In this document: one piece after another, positions 14,190 through 28,657 of the stretch
Numbering within the stretch: the first letter of the stretch is position 1
How the letters are laid out: the number at the start of each line of letters is the position of its first letter
NCBI RefSeq assembly: GCF_023055435.1
Contig: NW_025963879.1
Coordinates: 10,726,001-10,790,000, forward strand
Length of the DNA stretch: 64,000 nucleotides
From: Haliotis rufescens
Lineage: Eukaryota
Direction: 5' to 3'
The notes under the pieces: generated by a model
The model's database searches: none
Seen by the model: the letters and a program-made list of their open reading frames with translations, nothing else
Told to the model about the DNA's origin: nothing
Made by a program: the position numbers and the translations under genes

Positions 14190-16835
14190 TCGATATTAGA
14201 TACCATTATGTAGAACATCTTGTAACTTAATAAATATCATGTCACACCTCACATCAGAATCTCATAGCAAATGAATGTAGATTGTGGACACATGGTTAGG
14301 TCTGTGGTCAAACTTATTTATTTCCCATGTATTTCTGAAGTGACCGCCTCTGAACTGCCATGTTTAGTTTTTTCTACATCATATACACATTTAGGGCTTC
14401 AATCTCGTCAAATATGAAACCACAGCCACCCTTTGACACAACATCCTCACATGTGAACCCAGACATGTGGTTGAAAGGTTGAGTGCTGAAGGGACAATTG
14501 CCAACAGGAAAGGCTGCATTGGTGGCATTGATGATCTTAGTTAATAGTAAGTGCGTTACAACTTAACGTCAGTCACATCGGCCATATTTCAGCCTCATAG
14601 TGGTGGGACAAACTTAGACATTAATAATAAGTATATATAGACTGTATAAGAACCTGTCATTGAAGGACAGCAAAATAACTAGACTATCACAATTTATATC
14701 TAAAACTGGATGTTATAATAAAAAGATATCACAAAAAATAACAACACAAAATAGAAACGGGCTATAGATTGCAAACAATTGAAGGTAGATCACCATGCTA
14801 GGGGCCATAGGGCCCCAACAGGATTTACACCATCCCTTCACTCTCAGGCGATTATACGCAATTTTAGCCACAATCAAAATTACAAATATTCCACTTTTAA
14901 AAGAGTAGCAGACATAAATATTCTTTGAATGTCATGGACTTATGATATCTTAGTTAACAGCTACAACCTTCATCAAAATATTGGAAGACACTGAATGGTT
15001 CCTCATCTCTTATTAGAAAAGACAAAATTTGACTTCCTGTTCCACTATTACATCATTGTTTTGTGAAACAGAATGTGACATTTCAGTCAGCTCTGCTGTG
15101 TCCTCCCTAGCGAGCACCAGTGATTGTACAGTGTAGGTTGGCTGTTATGTCCTCTCTAATGTTGATCAGTAATCTAACTTCAACAAACCCCTCTCAGAAC
15201 CAGCTAGGTCATACCGTTCCACTCTCATCAAGACACTTCACCACACACACCCTGTAACTTGTCTCCACATATATCACCATAAAAGCCATCGCAATAAAAT
15301 TGCTTTGCTGAGACTTTCAATATTTCTACAGTCCCCATAAAAAATACTTGATTTACCAGGTTCCGAAAATGTACTGTAATGCTAAAATCCCATTTTGAAA
15401 ACTATAAGCACTTTATGGCCTATTGCTGAAAGGTTTAATCATTTCCTCACACCCAATACTGAGCTCATATCAATCATATCTCCATACACTACCCTATTAC
15501 GTAAATTTCCATACGACACCTGTCATGTCGAAATCGACCATGTATATTGCCCATGTACGGTAGTGGAGATGATTAACGTAATCAATTTCCCAGCCATCAA
15601 TCAGCGACCCTGTGACCCCCCTCATCCAACTCATCAGGAATTGATCTCCCTTCAAGCAGCAACTTGTTCCTGGGAATTCAGTGGGGCTCCTCACTCAAAA
15701 AATGTCCCAGACATCCTCTCCAAATGCTCATAAAGTCAAATTTTTCACACGGCTAAATTACCCACATTGTTGACACGTGGCCTTTGCATCGGAGCTGAAT
15801 CAAGGAGGCCAGTCACTTCTTTCAAGCCATATCACATTTGGCCTCAACAAGTCACCATAAGTTTAAACTGCCATGCCTGTGTCAAAAGTTCAAAGGCTGT
15901 GATAACTTAATTAACAAAATGTTTTCCTCATGCTTATAAAGTTGTATGAAAAAAGCAATGTTCTCAATTAAACACAGCACACTTGATTTCAGATCAATAT
16001 AAATTACTGAAAAACATTTCACACAAGGATCACTAACCTGTTAAATGAAATCACATCTTTTGCCATATTTAAAGCGTAACATTGGAAACAGAATTATTTT
16101 CAAACCTTTGTCAATGAAATGAACTTGAAGCAGATGCTAGCAGTGTCAGTGCTGATTGCTACTAATCAATTCTAACGAAATTATACGGGGTTGTTTTAGG
16201 GCTCAGAATGCTTCAAGGATTGTACCTCTTTGTTGTACTTTTTACTTTTACTTCCATCTTAGTACTAAGACTACAACGGTCTAGGCTGTAGAACTGGACC
16301 TGTGACAGTCATGAGGGTAGCACATGTCTGCTACCAGACACTGGACACTGAGGTGAAAGCCATGACATGACTCCCCAAGTGGGACAACACAAATCCTGAA
16401 AGTGTGATTTAAGGCACAAACTATTTTTCTGTTTAGTCTGATCTGTGGCATCAAGTTGTTTCTATGTTCACAACCAGCAGCAGGTCTGTAACTGTCAGTG
16501 GCGAGGGATGTCATTATATATAGTGTATCTAAGACCACTTCCCAGAGCAAGCTTATATCAAAGCAATCATGTCCACCATAAACTCAACAGCTGTGAAACT
16601 GCAGTAATAAAGTAAGAAGTAAATAGTCCCATGATAATTCTACACAGAACCAAAATATTCCAGTGAAGTTTTCAAGCATAAAACTGATACTCCACAAGGA
16701 GTCCATAGGCCATGAGGTGCACACACAATAAATATACCCACTGTGTGCAGTCACAACATGAGGATACTATTAACAGATACATTATACCATGATATCCTAA
16801 TGATACTACAACTGTAGGCTAGTGGTTACCCAGCT

Positions 16836-17655
16836 TCAATGACAAGAGTTTACTCCACTTCAGGGATGATAAGTGTTTACTTCACTTCATGGATGATAAG
16901 AGTTTACTTCACTTCATGGATGATAAGAGTTTGGTCCACTTCAGGGATGATAAGAGTTTACTCCACTTCATGGATGATAAGAGTTTACTTCACTTCATGG
17001 ATGATAAGAGTTTGGTCCACTTCAGGGATGATAAGAGTTTACTCCACTTCACGGATGATAAGAGTTTACTTCACTTCATGGATGATAAGAGTTTGGTCCA
17101 CTTCAGGGATGATAAGAGTTTACTCCACTTCAATGATGATAAGAGTTTACTCCACTTCAGGGATCACAAGAGTTTGGTCCACTTCAAGGATGATAAGAGT
17201 TTACTCCACTTCATGGATGATAAGAGTTTGGTCCACTTAAAGGACGATAAGAGTTTACTCCATTTAAAAGATTATAAGAGTTTACTCCACTTAAAGGACG
17301 ATTAGAGTTTACTCCACTTCAAGGACGATAAGAGTTTACTCCACTTCAAGGACGATAAGAGTTTACTCCACTTCAAGGATGATGAGAGTTTACTCCACTT
17401 CAAGGATGATAAGAGTTTACTCCACTTAAAGGACGATAAGAGTTTACTCCACTTCAAGGATGATGAGAGTTTACTCCACTTCAAGGATGATGAGAGTTTA
17501 CTCCACTTCAAGGATGATGAGAGTTTACTCCACTTCAAGGATGATGAGAGTTTACTCCACTTCAAGGATGATGAGAGTTTACTCCACTTCAAGGATAATG
17601 AGAGTTTACTCCACTTAAAGGATTATAAGAGTTTACTCCACTTAAAGGATGATAA
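16836..17655. repeat. Minisatellite, 27-bp unit, about 30 copies
   Basis: Unit gatgataagagtttactccacttcaag; 9-aa periodic ORFs. Confidence 0.98.
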
Positions 17656-18914
17656 AAGGTTTAATGATTTGTAGCAGTGTAGAGCATATTAAAACATTAT
17701 CAAGTTTGCATACAATGTTATTAAGTTGAGACTGTACATTCAACAGATGAGTTCTCACCAGCCCCCACAACCTCTGACATTTAGTTCCTACTCCCAAACC
17801 AAACAGACCCATTTCTACATTTCTCCAACATTTTGAGACCTCCTCTTGTGAAGAGTGGTCTACTGATGCCTCGTTAGATGGCACCAAGGATTCTTCTGCG
17901 TTTATTTTGGTAGCTATGACACTAACAATGGTCTGAGTTGATGGAATCAGCCTGTCTCCCATTGTGTGATTACACCTGATTATCAGAAACAAGACATAGG
18001 ATACAGCACTGCCAATTCCGACCTACATTTCCAAGACACCTGCTTTCTGTACTGGAAATAATCTTGTTATGTTCTTAAGAAAGTTTACAAACATTACAGC
18101 AGTTTTCTTGACCCAGACAGGTCAATATTGATGCCATTTCATCCTAAATTAGTTTTGTTGATAGAACAGAATTAAACAAATGGATTTTTCCTGCAGTGGC
18201 CACAAGATAATGGTGTCTTAAATCTGAGGGAAAGGTCACATCATACACAACATGCTTCAACAATTCTTACTGCAGTTGTCATACATAGATCCAATAGGGT
18301 TTACCTGTAAGACATCTATCAGAAATGTACATATATTCATAATTGAGCCCCAACCCGGAGAGAGCACATGTTGACTAACAAAGAAGTTTTAAAGAAGATA
18401 AAAAGAGAGCCACAAGACAGTAGCTTACCTGACTTATGAAGTCAGATTTCTTTCACACTTCAGTCTTACTTTGATTCAAATATCCATTGCGAGGTCCATT
18501 TCCCCGAAATGTGTGCCAAAGAATGGGGCATGTGCTTTAAACACAAGTGCTTACTGGAAACAAGAAAATATTGTATTCTTGTACATGCTTAAAACTTGTT
18601 TGGTTTGCTTACTAAAACTATGGAATGATAGTTATAGTCTTTCCTAGTCCCCGCCCCCACCCCCCCATCATCATCCTGCCCAAATTAGTGGGTCATGTCA
18701 ACTTGTATGTGATCTCAAAGTAGTGCAGTAGTAAGAACCTCATGTGACATGACAAGCCTTTGCTGCCTCTATATCAGATAGCATGGCACCTCCTGACCCT
18801 ATACGCACCTGGAAGTAGCTTCAATTATCGCTTCTCCTCATGCGACATCTGAAGGCATCTTCCATTCAGCTCCATTCTCGCTTCATGAAGGAACCACTTA
18901 CCTCTCACATATGA

Positions 18915-19958
18915 CACACCTCATCCTTCAGCAGCATCACACCTCATCCTTCAGCAGCATCATACCTCATCCTTCAGCAGCATCATACCTCATCCTTCAG
19001 CAGCATCATACCTCATCCTTAAGCAGCATCACATCTATCCTTCAGCAACATCACACCTCATCCTTCAGCAGCATCAAACCTCATCCTTCAGCAGCATCAC
19101 ACCTCATCCTTCAGCAGCATCACACCTCATCCTTCAGCAGCATCACACCTCATCCTTCAGCAGCATCACACCTCATCCTTCAGCAGCATCATACCTCATC
19201 CTTCAGCAGCATCATACCTCATCCTTAAGCAGCATCACACTTCATCCTTCAGCAACATCAAACCTCATCCTTCAGCAGCATCACACCTCATCCTTTAGCA
19301 GCATCACACCTCATCCTTCAGCAGCATCATACCTCATCCTTCAGCAGCAACATCACACCTCATCCTTCAGCAACATCACACCTCATCCTTCAGCAGCATC
19401 ATACCTCATCCTTCAGCAGCAGCATCACACCTCATCCTTCAGCAACATCACACCTCATCCTTCAGCAGCATCACACCTCATCCTTCAGCAGCATCATACC
19501 TCATCCTTCAGCAACATCAAACCTCATCCTTCAGCAGCATCACACCTCATCCTTCAGCAACATCAAACCTCATCCTTCAGCAGCATCACACCTCATCCTT
19601 CAGCAGCATCATACCTCATCCTTCAGCAGCATCACACCTCATCCTTCAGCAGCAACATCACACCTCATCCTTCAGCAACAGCATCACACCTCATCCTTCA
19701 GCAACATCACACCTCATCCTTCAGCAGCATCACACCTCATCCTTCAGCAACATCACACCTCATCCTTCAGCAGCATCAAACCTCATCCTTCAGCAACATC
19801 AAACCTCATCCTTCAGCAGCATCACACCTCATCCTTCAGCAACATCACACCTCATCCTTCAGCAGCATCACACCTCATCCTTCAGCAGCATCATACCTCA
19901 TCCTTCAGCAGCATCACACCTCATCCTTCAGCAGCAGCATCACACCTCATCCTTCAGC
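18915..19958. repeat. Minisatellite, 23-bp unit (26-bp variants), about 45 copies
   Basis: Unit cacacctcatccttcagcagcat. Confidence 0.98.
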
Positions 19959-22900
19959 CTAAATGTTTGCATGCAGACTTCATTTTCTTTTTGTCACTCT
20001 TTGTCCAATCCCCCCCTGAGATTCCTGCTCAGGGTTTGGTCTACCATACCTTACGGTTTTCGACATTGGTCTTTAAGTGTAAGGGGTTACTGAAGGGGAC
20101 AGTTAAAAATCACCGAACATTTTGATTTTTTCATAACTGTAAATGGTTTCCAAAAGCCACTAACATGCTAATGCATTATGGTCAGAAATTATGTTTGAAC
20201 CTGGTTTGGACGTACAGACTATCCCACCCCTTCCGTCTTCCTTTACCCTGAAACCTCATCACTGATCTACAGCACTGAGACAACTGTACAAGGTTCTACC
20301 ATGACATGCTGGCCTAAATCTTATCTTAGAGAGTTGCCTAATTTTACGTATCTGGTACAGCTTTCAGGGTCCCAGTTTTCAGTGATAAGAGGTTGTGCAC
20401 TTGCTTACATCCCTGAGCTGGGACAGATAGGATGAGCCCCCTGCCTTGCTGGAAAGCACACTGTTGTCATGGTATCAGCCAGTGCATCTAATATCAGCAC
20501 ACTAACTAGTAGGAAAATCCCTCTCTCAGAGTAAACATTACAGCCTTGTTTGAAAAGTAAACAAATGTATCATCCAAGTCAGAGCCTCATCGCAAGGGGA
20601 AGGGAAAGTTGGCTTATCCAAACTGTTGTTTACAATTTCTGAGCATACCTGCATTAAAAAGTGGCAGGCTTCAAATCAGTAAATATATATTTTTCTTCAG
20701 AATTTACTACTTTTTTCCTGTAAAATGTTAAGAAACTCATATTTTGTAATCATCAAACCAAAGTATTCAATTTGAAATGCCTGGTTAAATCCTTGTAGTG
20801 AGGATGTGATATAGACTGGTACAAGCCACATATACTCCATTATAAATCTCAGCTTCTGGAACGAAATGGTAAATGCTGTCAGTGAACATTTATTCTCAAG
20901 TCCATGAACAACTGTCTTGTTTCGATGGTACTATTATTATTTATCATAAATGATGAACCCCATTCCTTACTAATAAGTTGTAAATGTAGATAGTTTCAAG
21001 CTTCAAGCTTCTAAGCTGACGTCCGATTACTCTTGGAAAGTTCAGACCGTGTACACTTCCCCCAAAACATGGATGTTATTTTTGTAAGGAATTCCTTGAC
21101 ATTACCAAACTTATTTTCACACATTGTAACTATTTGAAAAGCCTTTTCAAGGTGTCTCCTGCTGAGATGCTGCTGTCAGTCAAACCTCACTCACAGGTCC
21201 TACAAAGGGGACTGCCTTCACACCTGTACCCATTAGAACTCTATGACTGATTGAATTTCTTGTCAATAATTCAAATTTAAACAGTCAAAAACCATAACAA
21301 TGTGACATTTATAAAAAGGTGCCAAAATATTTTTCCAAAGTAAATTGTTCTAATTTGTCGTTCCACAGTGTTACCTGTCTCTTTTCTTGTTCCAAATAGC
21401 ACATTCAAGTATAGAATAATACTTTATATTTCTTCTTACACAAATGTTACAAACATACATCTGCTGGCTGGAACTACTGGGCTCCTTATGGTGGTGATAA
21501 GAAGCATGTAGCAGGTTTATCACTGGGGGGTTGGGGAGACAGCTGAACATGGCCAATCTGCTGCACATTCTCCTGTAACCTACCCCCCTCTCCTTCCTCC
21601 CTCCTCCCACACCAGTCCTCACAGTGCAGGTCTGGCCAGAGGTCAGAAGGTCATCAGCTATGGCTGGCAGCATCAGACTGGCATAAACCTGCAGGAACAC
21701 CAGATGCCTTGGAGTTACCACTGCAAGGAACCATGGAACCTTGGCTGGTTGCAATTCAATCAGCATTCAATGAGGCTGTCACCTTTCATCAGAGGACATT
21801 AACCTTGATTACAGTCCTAGTTATCAGTGAGAGTTAGTGAGCCCAGTCTCCGAAGTGTCTGTAATAAATTCTGTGTTCTCAAAGATCTTTTCCCCAACAC
21901 TTGTTGCTTTACTGCAGAAACAATAACTCTCCCCATAAACCCACCATGGAAGAATGATATTGGAGATTTGCTGCTGTGACATTCAATAAATGGAGATAAC
22001 ACATTCAGTGAATACTATCTTTAGTCAGCACAAATAGGTGTTCTGTGAACCAGGCTGCCTCATATATCTACAACTACTATGGTCACTATCTTCAACATTG
22101 ATGTCTGCACTGCTACTACTGTAGTGTTAGTTTCAGGGATAATTTTCCAGAAAAACAGTTGAGTTGTTGGAAAAAATAATTTCTCAGATGAAAAAATACA
22201 AAATTCTTTAAATTATTATTTTTTTTAAATTTCTTGGAATTGGTCAAATTAGTTGTGTTGAAAATTGAATATAGCTGTACATTCAGTGAGGCCATATAGT
22301 TTAAGAAATATTCACAACATTCTGGTAAGAAACTATCTTAAACTTAAAGCTAATGAAGGTGTACTTGTGGTTCATCATAATATACAAAAAATGCTTGGGA
22401 TTATCCTTGCAATGTTTCACTGCCACACACCCATTTCAAAGTAGATCCTTCTCAGATCAAACATTTCTATTTTATTAATCCTTTTGTCATTGTCAATCAT
22501 GTTTCAGTTATAATCGTTCTTTCTGCCATTCTCTTCTGAAAGCACATAATAAGTACAACAATGCCCTCCTCAATCTATAAATCCCCTCCGGCTATCAGCA
22601 CATTCCACAGTAATGTGAATATGTGTCACCCTCTGTCATTAAACATACATGGCTATCATATGTACACATCAGCAGGATATAGACAAGCTTGTACAGCCTC
22701 CATCACTGTGTGATAACATCATTATTCCATCAACATGTGTCACTCACTGCTTGTCTGTTGCAGTATCAGGCAATGACCAACATGAATTATTCACCCAGAC
22801 AAGTGATAAGTGCTTGATTGAGGTGAATAATTTATCACACAAGCCACTGGATACTTGCATCACAGCTGCGATCAGAAAACCATTGGCAGTCTGTCTTTGA

Positions 22901-23378
22901 TGTCCTTTGATTGTTAAGAGGAAATAAACACATTCATCATTTTCATTTTTAGCAATTTTGTTCTTTCTGCCAATCAATCATCTGTGCCAGCATTTAATCT
23001 TCCTTGTGCAAACATTAAACCATAGCACTAACACAAATGCCAGAACCTGATTCATTAGTAACCATTCTTGCTGAAATGATTGTCAAAGAAATCCAATCAA
23101 ATTTAAAATTTGGAAAAGAAAAAAATAATTTGCACTTGGTGAGTATCCCTCTGTTTCGCGGGACTGCTGTCAGTTAAATATTGTGATACAGGCTCCCCGC
23201 CCTCAGCTGGACCCTACAGAGCTGAGATGAAGGGGAGATATCTGCTCCATTTATATTGACGACAATCTACCCAAATACACTCACCAACCACAAAAGTCAA
23301 GACCTTCTCAGTCAAGTTGTAAGGCTGATACACACATATACACTGAAGTACACTAAAGTCAAGTAGCAGATTTAGTGT

Positions 23379-23804
23379 CATCTTCCTGAGGCAAGGGAGT
23401 TTTCTGACTGTGAAAGTCTACTTTCCAACCTTGACGAACTAGGCTTGTAAACGGCTGTGCAGATTTCAGTTGATTGCAGGATTTGCAAAGCATGGGTACC
23501 GCCATCTCAGTGTGAACAGATATTCTTTTCATGTTTTAATCATGTGATTTGATGCACTTTGCGAAGTAAGACCCTTCTTATCACAATATAGATATTGATT
23601 ATCGTTCTGATCGTCTAGACTGGGCCCCACCATTTTGTTTGAAGCAAATGCAAGTAACATGAGAGGTGGAATCTGATTGGTGAATAGGAGGGACATAGAA
23701 AGAACATATATTATTTACAATCGAGCCCAGAAATTCCAGCCTAGTTCAGCTAGGGTGGTAACTGGACTTTTACAGTCAGTTAACTCCCTTGCCTCGAGAA
23801 GATG
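23379..23804. mobile_element. Non-autonomous DNA element with long imperfect TIRs (catcttcctgaggcaagggagtt...)
   Basis: The left end catcttcctgaggcaagggagttttctgactgtgaaagtc matches the reverse complement of the right end, catcttctcgaggcaagggagttaactgactgtaaaagtc. A second copy lies at 59504-60017. Confidence 0.8.
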
Positions 23805-24060
23805 TAATAGTGTTGATTATGATGAAGTGTGTGGAATGTTTCGTTTACAACAATGTTAAAACAACATTAGCATGCTGCTGCTGGGATGATGATGGTCTCA
23901 CAAAGTCATCCTGACACTAAAATGATGCCATGATTGGTGATGATGACGATAATGACATATTCATTATTGATCTGAAGGGTTCACATGTCATACACTTTTA
24001 ATGATGCCTCTTAAACCAGAACATCAATAATCAAGGTGAAAATATGGTCCATCTTCTCAC

Positions 24061-24193
24061 CTCTCAGGATAACTGTGACATCAGTTCCATCTAGTCGAGA
24101 CCGATATATTGACTTCCGTCTTGAGCTGATATCTGACCAAAACAGCCAGCCGTCGTCTATGTCTGCTGCCAAGCCGATTATCCTTCCATCGTG
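24061..24193 (-). CDS. Coding exon 3: HDGRIIGLAADIDDGWLFWSDISSRRKSIYRSRLDGTDVTVILR(D), YWTD-type repeat (FWSD)
   Basis: Within ORF 24011..24250. tttcAG acceptor at 24195-24194; GTGAG donor at 24060-24056; 133 nt, phase 0 to phase 1; LDLR class B repeat pattern (gLAaD..gwLFWSD...IyRsrLDGt). Confidence 0.93.
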
Positions 24194-24377
24194 CTGAAAT
24201 ATACAACAGTCAACATCAGAACCTGTCCTGACTGATGACTGGGAATACATGAACTAATGGCACATAACAAACACTAAATCTTGATAACATGTCAATTTGC
24301 AAACTTGACCAAAAAACTGTAAAATAAGAAGACACAAATTAAATAATTAGATCATGAGTGCTTGACATTTCATGAGT

Positions 24378-26860
24378 ACTGTCCAAATGCTGACAGGGTA
24401 TGCTGTTACACCCAACCAGGTCATCTGACCAATGCTGACAGAGCATGATGCCACACCCAGCCAGGTCACCTGACCAATGCTGACAGAGCATGATGCCACA
24501 CCCAGTCAGGTCATCTGACTAATACTGACGGAGCATGATGCCACACCCAGCCAGGTCACCTGACCAATGCTGACAGAGCATGATGCCACACCAAGCCGGG
24601 TCACCTGACCAATGCTGACAGAGTATGGTGTTACACCCAGCCAGGTCACCTGACCAATACTGACGGAGCATGATGCCACACCCAGCCAGGTCACCTGACC
24701 AATGCTGACAGAGTATGATGTTACACCCAGCCAGGTCATCTGACCAATACTGACCGAGCATGATGCCACACCCAGCCAGGTCATCTGACCAATGCTGACC
24801 GGGTATGGTGTTACACCCAGTCAGGTCATCTGACCAATACTGACGGAGCATGATGCCACACCCAGCCAGGTCATCTGACCAATGCTGACAGAGTATGGTG
24901 TTACACCCAGTCAGGTCATCTGACCAATACTGACGGAGCATGATGCCACACCCAGCCAGGTCACCTGACCAATGCTGACAGAGTATGGTGTTACACCAAG
25001 CCAGGTCACCTGACCAATACTGACGGAGCATGATGCCACACCCAGCCAGGTCACCTTACCAATGCTGACAAAGTATGGTGTTACACCCAGCCAGGTCACC
25101 TGACCAATACTGACCGAGCATGATGCCACACCCAGCCAGGTCATCTGACCAATGCTGACCGAGCATGATGCCACAACCAGACAGGTCATCTGACCAATAC
25201 TGACCGAGCATGATGCCACACCCAGCAAGGTCACCTTACCAATGCTGACAGAGTATGATGTTACACCCAGCCAGGTCATCTGACCAATGCTGACAGAGTA
25301 TGGTGTTACACCCAGCCAGGTCATCTGACCAATACTGACGGCGCATGATGCCACATCCAGCCAGGTCACCTTACCAATGCTGACAGAGTATGATGTTACA
25401 CCCAGCCAGGTCATCTGACCAATGCTGACAGAGTATGGTGTTACACCCAGTCAGGTCATCTGACCAATACTGACCGAGCATGATGCCACACCCAGCCAGG
25501 TCATCTGACCAATGCTGACCGGGTATGGTGTTACACCCAGTCAGGTCATCTGACCAATACTGACAGAGCATGATGCCACACCCAGCCAGGTCATCTGACC
25601 AATGCTGACAGAGTATGGTGTTACACCCAGTCAGGTCATCTGACCAATACTGACGGAGCATGATGCCACACCCAGCCAGGTCACCTTACCAATTCTGACA
25701 AAGTATGGTGTTACACCCAGCCAGGTCACCTGACCAATGCTGACCGAGCATGATGCCACAACCAGACAGGTCATCTGACCAATACTGACCGAGCATGATG
25801 CCACACCCAGCAAGGTCACCTGACCAATACTGACCGAGCATGATGCCACACCCAGACAGGTCATCTGACCAATACTGACGGAGCATGATGCCACACCCAG
25901 CCAGGTCATCTGACCAATACTGACCGAGCATGATGCCACACCCAGCCATGTCATCTGACCAATGCTGACAGAGCATGATGCCACACCCAGCCAGGTCATC
26001 TGACCAATGCTGACAGAGTATGGTGTTACACCCAGCCAGGTCACCTGACCAATACTGACGGCGCATGATGCCACATCAAGCCAGGTCACCTTACCAATGC
26101 TGACAGAGCATGATGTTACACCCAGCCAGGTCATCTGACCAATACTGACCGAGCATGATCCCACACCCAGCCATGTCATCTGACCAATGCTGACAGAGTA
26201 TGGTGTTACACCCAGCCAGGTCATCTGACCAATGCTGACCGGGTATGGTGTTACACCCAGTCGGGTCATCTGACCAATGCTGACAGAGCATGATGCCACA
26301 CCCAGCCAGGTCTTCTGACCAATGCTGACCGGGTATGGTGTTACACCCAGCCAGGTCATCTGACCAATGCTGACAGAGTATGGTGTTACACCCAGCCAGG
26401 TCATCTGACCAATGCTGACCGAGCATGATGCCACACCCAGCCAGGTCATCTGACCAATGCTGACCGGGTATGGTGTTACACCCAGTCGGGTCATCTGACC
26501 AATACTGACCGAGCAGGATGCCACACCCAGCCAGGTCACCTGACCAATGCTGACAGAGCATGATGCCACACCCAGCCTGGTCATCTGACCAATGCTGACA
26601 GAGTATGGTGTTACATCCAGCCAGGTCATCTGACCAATGCTGACAGAGTATGGTGTTACACCCAGCCAGGTCATCTGACCAATACTGACCGAGCATGATG
26701 CCACACCCAGCCAGGTCATCTGACCAATACTGACAGAGTATGGTGTTACACCCAGTTGGGTAATCTGACCAATGCTGACCGGGTATGGTGTTACACCCAG
26801 TCGGGTCATCTGACCAATGCTGACCGAGCATGATGTTACACCCAGTCGGGTCATCCGACC
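24378..26860. repeat. Minisatellite, 45-bp unit, about 55 copies, two main interspersed variants
   Basis: Unit tgaccaat(g/a)ctgacagag(catgatgcc|tatggtgtt)acacccagccaggtca(t/c)c; 15-aa periodic ORFs. Confidence 0.98.
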
Positions 26861-27479
26861 ACATGCTGGTAACTCTTCATGGTTACCTAGCCTATCACTC
26901 GCCCTGCTCGGCCCTATTAAGAAGAACTTCAGTCAGTTCACTAACTACCAGAGAATGTGTTTTGTTATGCAGTTTCAGGTTGGAGGCCAGGGTTTATGCA
27001 ATACCCACACAGGAGCAAGCAGGTGGTGGTACTTATTCTCCAACATACTTTGCAGAAGCAAGTCCTGCAGGGGAGTCTTGATCCCATAACATGGTGACCC
27101 CCTATCTTACATGACAATCAAACCCTTTCATCTCACTTCAGAGAGTTTCTGGAAAAACCTGACATAATCCCTATGTATTGATCAACAGGAATGAACAATC
27201 AATTGGGCCACACTGAAGAAGAATACCAGTGGCAATGCAGTGTCACATCACTTCCCGAGATGGTTATCTACTGCAGCATGGACCCCGCCAGGCGGAACTG
27301 ATGCAGAACCAAGTCCTGACTGAAGGTGTTTGTATAGGAGGCGGCGGCATTCTTCCCCCTGACAAGTGATGGTAACATTCTAACAATAGAAACACCTCTA
27401 TGTACATGATGTAGCTCACCTGATTCCTGACAAGAGTTCCAGAAGCCAGCGTTTGTCTTCAGACATGCACATTTAAGAT

Positions 27480-27625
27480 CGGATGGTAAAGATGTGTGTA
27501 ACGGTTGCGTCTAATCATACCCTGACATCATGGATCTTTGTTCATACTATCAACCACTGGTCTGCCTGGGCTAGACTCCATTACTTGTAATGCCACATAA
27601 ATCAACACTTACTCACTCACTCACA
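27480..27625 (+). mobile_element. Degraded 3' part of a family A SINE with (cact)n tail
   Basis: ccactggtctgcctgggctagactccattacttg resembles the 1866-2129 copy; ends in actcactcactcac. Confidence 0.5.
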
Positions 27626-27894
27626 TGATTCATATGAAGAATGTGATTAGTGAAATCCTTTGCGTACCTTCACTACTAAATATTCAAATCACACTTGTAC
27701 ATTCTATGCCTTTCAGATCTTTGCCAAACGGTTTCCTTGGTTGGTCAATATACAAATGAAAATAAATGTGTGTGCAATGCATTTAATAACTTGTTTTTCA
27801 AAAAGTTATCAAACTCTATTTTTCTAATCGATCAAAGATGGTCAATTTTATAAGGTGAGGAAAGTAAATTTTAACCATGGAAGAAATATGGGAA

Positions 27895-28657
27895 TGGTGT
27901 TGTAGTGATTTAGTGGTGTTCTTCTCCATGGTGTTGTAGTGATATAGTGGTGCTCTTCTCCATGGTGTTGTAGTGATTTAGTGTTGTTCTCCATGGTGTT
28001 GTAGTGATATAGTGGTGTTCTTCTCCATGGTGTTGTAGTGATTTAGTGTTGTTCTCCATGGTGTTGTAGTGATATAGTGGTGCTCTTCTCCACGGTGTTG
28101 TAGTGATATAGTGGTGTTCTTCTCCATGGTGTTGTAGTGATTTAGTGTTGTTCTCCATGGTGTTGTAGTGATATAGTGGTGCTCTTCTCCATGGTGTTGT
28201 AGTGTGATATAGTGGTGCTCTTCTCCACGGTGTTGTAGTGATATAGTGGTGTTCTTCTCCATGGTGTTGTAGTGATTTAGTGTTGTTCTCCATGGTGTTG
28301 TAGTGATATAGTGGTGCTCTTCTCCATGGTGTTGTAGTGTGATATAGTGGTGCTCTTCTCCACGGTGTTGTAGTGATATAGTGGTGTTCTTCTCCATAGT
28401 GTTGTAGTGATATAGTGGTGCTCTTGTCCACGGTGTTGGTGTGATATAGTGGTGCTCTTCTCCACGGTGTTGTAGTGATATAGAGGTGCTCTTGTCCACG
28501 GTGTTGTAGTGTGATATAGTGGTGCTCTTCTCCATGGTGTTGTAGGGATTTAGTGGTGCTCTTCTCCATGGTGTTGTAGTGATATAGTGGTGCTCTTCTC
28601 CATGGTGTTGTAGTGATTTAGTGTTGTTTTCCGTGGTGTTGTAGTGATATAGTGGTG
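27895..28657. repeat. Minisatellite, unit of about 31-36 bp, about 22 copies
   Basis: Unit ccatggtgttgtagtgatatagtggtgctcttct and length variants. Confidence 0.97.

Noticed and set aside
15170-15890. Possible decayed transposase or LINE fragment
   Set aside because: The composition looks coding-derived, but the frame I translated is full of stops and I could not identify a diagnostic motif.
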